Of a DNA stretch of 64,000 bases, positions 59,345 to 64,000 are shown in pieces (position 1 is the stretch's first letter; every line of letters starts with the position of its first letter). A program made the position numbers and the translations under genes. The notes under the pieces were generated by a model. That model saw only the letters and a list, made by a program, of their open reading frames with translations. It was not told the DNA's origin and did no database searches. Source of the DNA: the human T2T-CHM13v2.0 reference genome, Homo sapiens; NCBI RefSeq assembly GCF_009914755.1, contig NC_060933.1; one strand, given 5' to 3'.

Positions 59345-59566
59345 GTATAACCACTACCACAGATGTGTGCATATTAAAATTTAACTATTTTCCATAGTTA
59401 AATTTTGGCAGGGATACTACAAATTGATGTTGTAGTATCAATTGGCAGGGATACTACAAATTGATGTTGCCAAGGCCCCACCTATTCCCTATTGAATCAC
59501 ACCACAATAGCTTCATTCTTGTAAGCTTCTTCTCTAGCCTTTCTGGACACTTGAGTTTGTTTATTT
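59174..59566. repeat. About 95-bp direct duplication enclosing a (TA)n tract and templated inserts
   Basis: ttgccaaggccccacctattccctattgaatcac...gagtttgtttat at 59174 and 59467. Confidence 0.9.
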
Positions 59567-60650
59567 AGCCTTAGTAAAGTAAAGCTCACTAATGTTAAAG
59601 TTACAGGTATCCTCCCCAACACATAAATACCGAATACACTCTACCATTTCTATCTCCCCACACTTCCAACGTTTAATTTTGGTTAGATTATTTCTTTTTC
59701 ATTATCATGACTATGTAAACAATATCCACAGATGAGCTTTATAGTATCCTCTGATTCTTTTTTCATTCCTACTCAACTTTTTATTTTCCCTGAAATTAAT
59801 AATTTTATGAGTTATAATTTTTAATGAGTTTTTATTGTAGTTTTGGTTGCATAATACCATATATTTATCATTAATTCATTCCCAAGCTCTTAAAAAGTTG
59901 CTTAAATCTCCTTTTCATATGTTCAGATGAATCCAGTATTCTTTTAATTTCATTTTCTTCAAGAAATCTATCCTAGGGTCTTGTGATCTGCTCTGTGTTG
60001 GAAATTGTTGCCCTTTATGTTACATGCACAGCTCAGGGATCTTGCTGCAGATTCCCTTTTCTTCTGTCTTGTGCTGAATTCCCTTGATTCCTAAATCCTA
60101 TGTTTTCCTCTTTCACAATTTATACCTTTATTTTTTGTGGAGCACATCCTCTAGTAGCTTCCTGAGAAAAAGTGTGCATCGAGTGAACTCTTTGAGACCT
60201 TGCATATCTTAAAATGTTTTTAGTATATACATAGATTCAGTTGATGGGGTGGCTCGTTCAGTAATCAGGCTACATTAGGCTATGCTACAGCAACATATCC
60301 CTAAAGTCTTAGTGGCTTAATATGAGAGGAGTTTATTTCTACTTGCATCCCAGACCAAAGCAGGCCAGCTAACACTCACACAAGGCTACTTTCATTGGGC
60401 AGTTCCAGAAGTTGGGAGTCCTTCACTTCAGCTGTCAGAATGAGGGGGTGAGAGTGCAGAGAAGGCACTACTACTCTTAATTGTCTCAGACTAGAAGTGG
60501 CTTCTTATCCCATTCATACTCCTTTTGTGACTATTATTTATACTATCTGGCCTAAGTCCACAGGGACTGGCAAATGTAGAGATGAATATTTGTTTACTTC
60601 ATATCCTCTGACACAGTGAAGTTGAGAATTCTGGGTTGGAATTCTTTTCT

Positions 60651-60953
60651 CTCTCTTTTTTTTTTTTTTTTTTTGAGACGGAGTCTCATTCTGTCACCCA
60701 GGATGGAGTGCAGTGGCATGATCTCGGCTCACTGCAACCTCCACCTCCTGGGTTCAAGTGATTCTTCTGTCTCAGCCTTCTGAGTAGCTGGGATTACAGG
60801 CATGCGCCACCACGCCTGGCTAATTTTTGTATTTTTAGTAGAGACAGCGTTTCACCATGTTGGTCAGGCTGGTCTTGAACACCTGACCTGGTGATCCATC
60901 CTCCTCGCCTCCTAAAGTTCTGGGATTACAGGCGTGAGCCACCATGCCTGGCC
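60651..60953 (-). mobile_element. AluS
   Basis: Reverse Alu dimer. Confidence 0.9.
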
Positions 60954-61115
60954 TCTTTTCTCTTTTGAATGTGGTAGGCACTGCTCTGTGTCTTCCAACT
61001 TCCAGTCTCCCAAATTGCTGGTGAGAAACCAGTTTAATTATTGACTCTTGGGTATGAGTACTTCCTGTCTTCTGAGCACGGAAACACATAGGATTTTCAC
61101 TTTGTTTCCAGTTTT

Positions 61116-61520
61116 TGTAGGCTGAATTGTGTCCCCTGCCCCACTTTCCACCAAAATTCACTCAGTGAAGCCCTAACCCCCAGTAGTTTAGAATATGACT
61201 GTATTTAGACGTGGGGCCTTTAAAGAGGTAATTAAGGTAAAATGAGGTCTAATGGGCAATTCTTAACCTAATATGACTGGTGTCCCTTTAAGAAGAGGAG
61301 ACGAGGACACAGACAACACTGACCAAGGGAAGACAGTATGAGGACACAACTAGAAGGCAGCCATCTGTGAGCTAAGGAGAGAAGCGTCAGGAAAAAACGA
61401 AACTGCTGTCACCTCGATCTTAGACTTCTAGCATCCAGAACCATGAGAAAACAAATTTCTGCTGTTCAAGCCACCCAGTCTGTGGTGTTTTGTTACTGCA
61501 GCTCTAGCAAACTAATATAT
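61116..61520 (+). mobile_element. MLT1-type solo LTR (MLT1B-like)
   Basis: tgtaggctgaattgtgtcccc...gcctttaaagaggtaattaagg...tagcaaactaata. Confidence 0.85.
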
Positions 61521-61906
61521 CGGTATTTTAAAATCGCACAAATAATGTGCCTTGGGATGGGTCTAACTCCATTCTTTTTTTTTTTTTTTCACTCAAGTAG
61601 TCTCTTACAATCTGAGAACTCATGTCCTTGGATTTTCTTGAATTATTTTATTGATTATTTCCTTTCTTCTCTTATCTCTGTTGCTCTTTGTGGATCTCCT
61701 CTTATTTAGATGTTGGACTTCTTATTTTAGTCCTTTAATTTTTTTCTTTTTCTTTTCTAACTCTCATTTTCTATATTTTTGCTCTGCTTACTGGGAGATT
61801 GGCTCAAATTTATCATCCAAACTTTCTCTGAATTTTTTATTCTACTATTATTTATTGTTCAAATTTCCAAGAGCTCCCTTTTTGTTTCTTGAATGTCCCT
61901 TTCTGA

Positions 61907-63040
<1,134 letters not shown>

Positions 63041-64000
63041 ACGCTCTGTGGATATTAATAATAGTTTTCTTCTCCCAGCATAGTCTTGGTTAGTTCCAAA
63101 TTATTTTCTTTGTTTGTTTGTTTGCTTTGGTCTCTACCTTTCATGCTGGTAGTTCCCCTTAGATGTCTGATAATCTTTGGTAGTCTATTCAAATTTAGGA
63201 GTGAGGTACTAAAAGACCTTATTGGAAGTTCTGATTCCATGAATGAAACTTCTTGTCCACCAGCTTCAACTGGGTCATCTGGCTGGGCCATTTAGTTGGG
63301 TCATTCTCAACATCAGCATCTTTATGTCTTTCCTCTGGAAGTGGTCAGATACCCCAGAGAATAATTTTCTAATCTCTAGTGGTCTGGAATTAGAATGGGG
63401 TAAAAGACATGGGGTTCTGTTAGCTTATAAATGTTCCCATAAATTTTCACTACCCCTTCATTTATATTACTGAACTCCATCCCCAAATGTGCCAAATGTT
63501 CTCCAGGAAGTAAGTTTCTCTATTTACCTTTTCCAGCCTCTGCCAGGCTGGGAGAGGGACCATTATCTGGCTATACAGGTTTGAAGAGAGGATGTAGGGA
63601 TCTAACAACTTCTTATACAGACTTATAACCCAATCCTCCTATTTTTGACCCTACCTTTATCCCCATTTTCAGTGGTATCTGACATTTGGAAGCTGTTTGG
63701 GAGGTCTATGATGTAGTCAGGTACTTCTGAGTTTTCTCCAAGACAAATTTAGGGATCATCTTTCTCAGGTGTGTTACCTCTTGTCTATATGGCTTCTGAA
63801 TTCCACAACCTTGTTGTTCTTGTCTTCCTTTCTAATTTCATCATCATTGTGGGTTTCTGCCTTAAAAAAATAATCCCTTTACTGTCATTTTATTAGGTTT
63901 CAGAAGAAAGCCAAAGTAAGTGCATTTCTGTAATTGATCACCTCTACTCAGTAGTCTATTTTGCATTTTTACAAGGAAATGACAAGTTTACTCAGGAGTG

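Overview
Primate (very likely human) genomic DNA. The minus strand carries the promoter CpG island and coding exons 1-11 (272 codons, all GT-AG, frame intact; exons 12 onward lie left of the window) of a ZNG1/CBWD zinc-metallochaperone GTPase (COG0523 family: CPELVPI, GYLGAGKT, GCLCC, ETTG, NKTD). The variants S78, D132 and T147 suggest one of the duplicated paralogs rather than ZNG1A/CBWD1. Intron 10 holds a full-length L1PA3-like element, antisense to the gene, with intact ORF1 and ORF0 and a broken ORF2. The rest is Alu, old L1/L2/MIR, Tigger1, MER and LTR sequence, including a complete THE1 about 9.4 kb upstream. Top observations: (1) the second ORF0 splice donor of the L1 is in frame with ZNG1 exon 11, predicting an ORF0-ZNG1 C-terminal fusion; (2) an alternative exon in intron 1 either poisons the mRNA or swaps the METAP1-docking N-terminus for a basic peptide; (3) two further candidate poison exons; (4) a palindromic ZTRE-type zinc-repression element with MRE and CRE in the promoter; (5) a templated-insertion repair scar at 59.4 kb. 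Repeat boundaries and subfamily calls are by eye and approximate.
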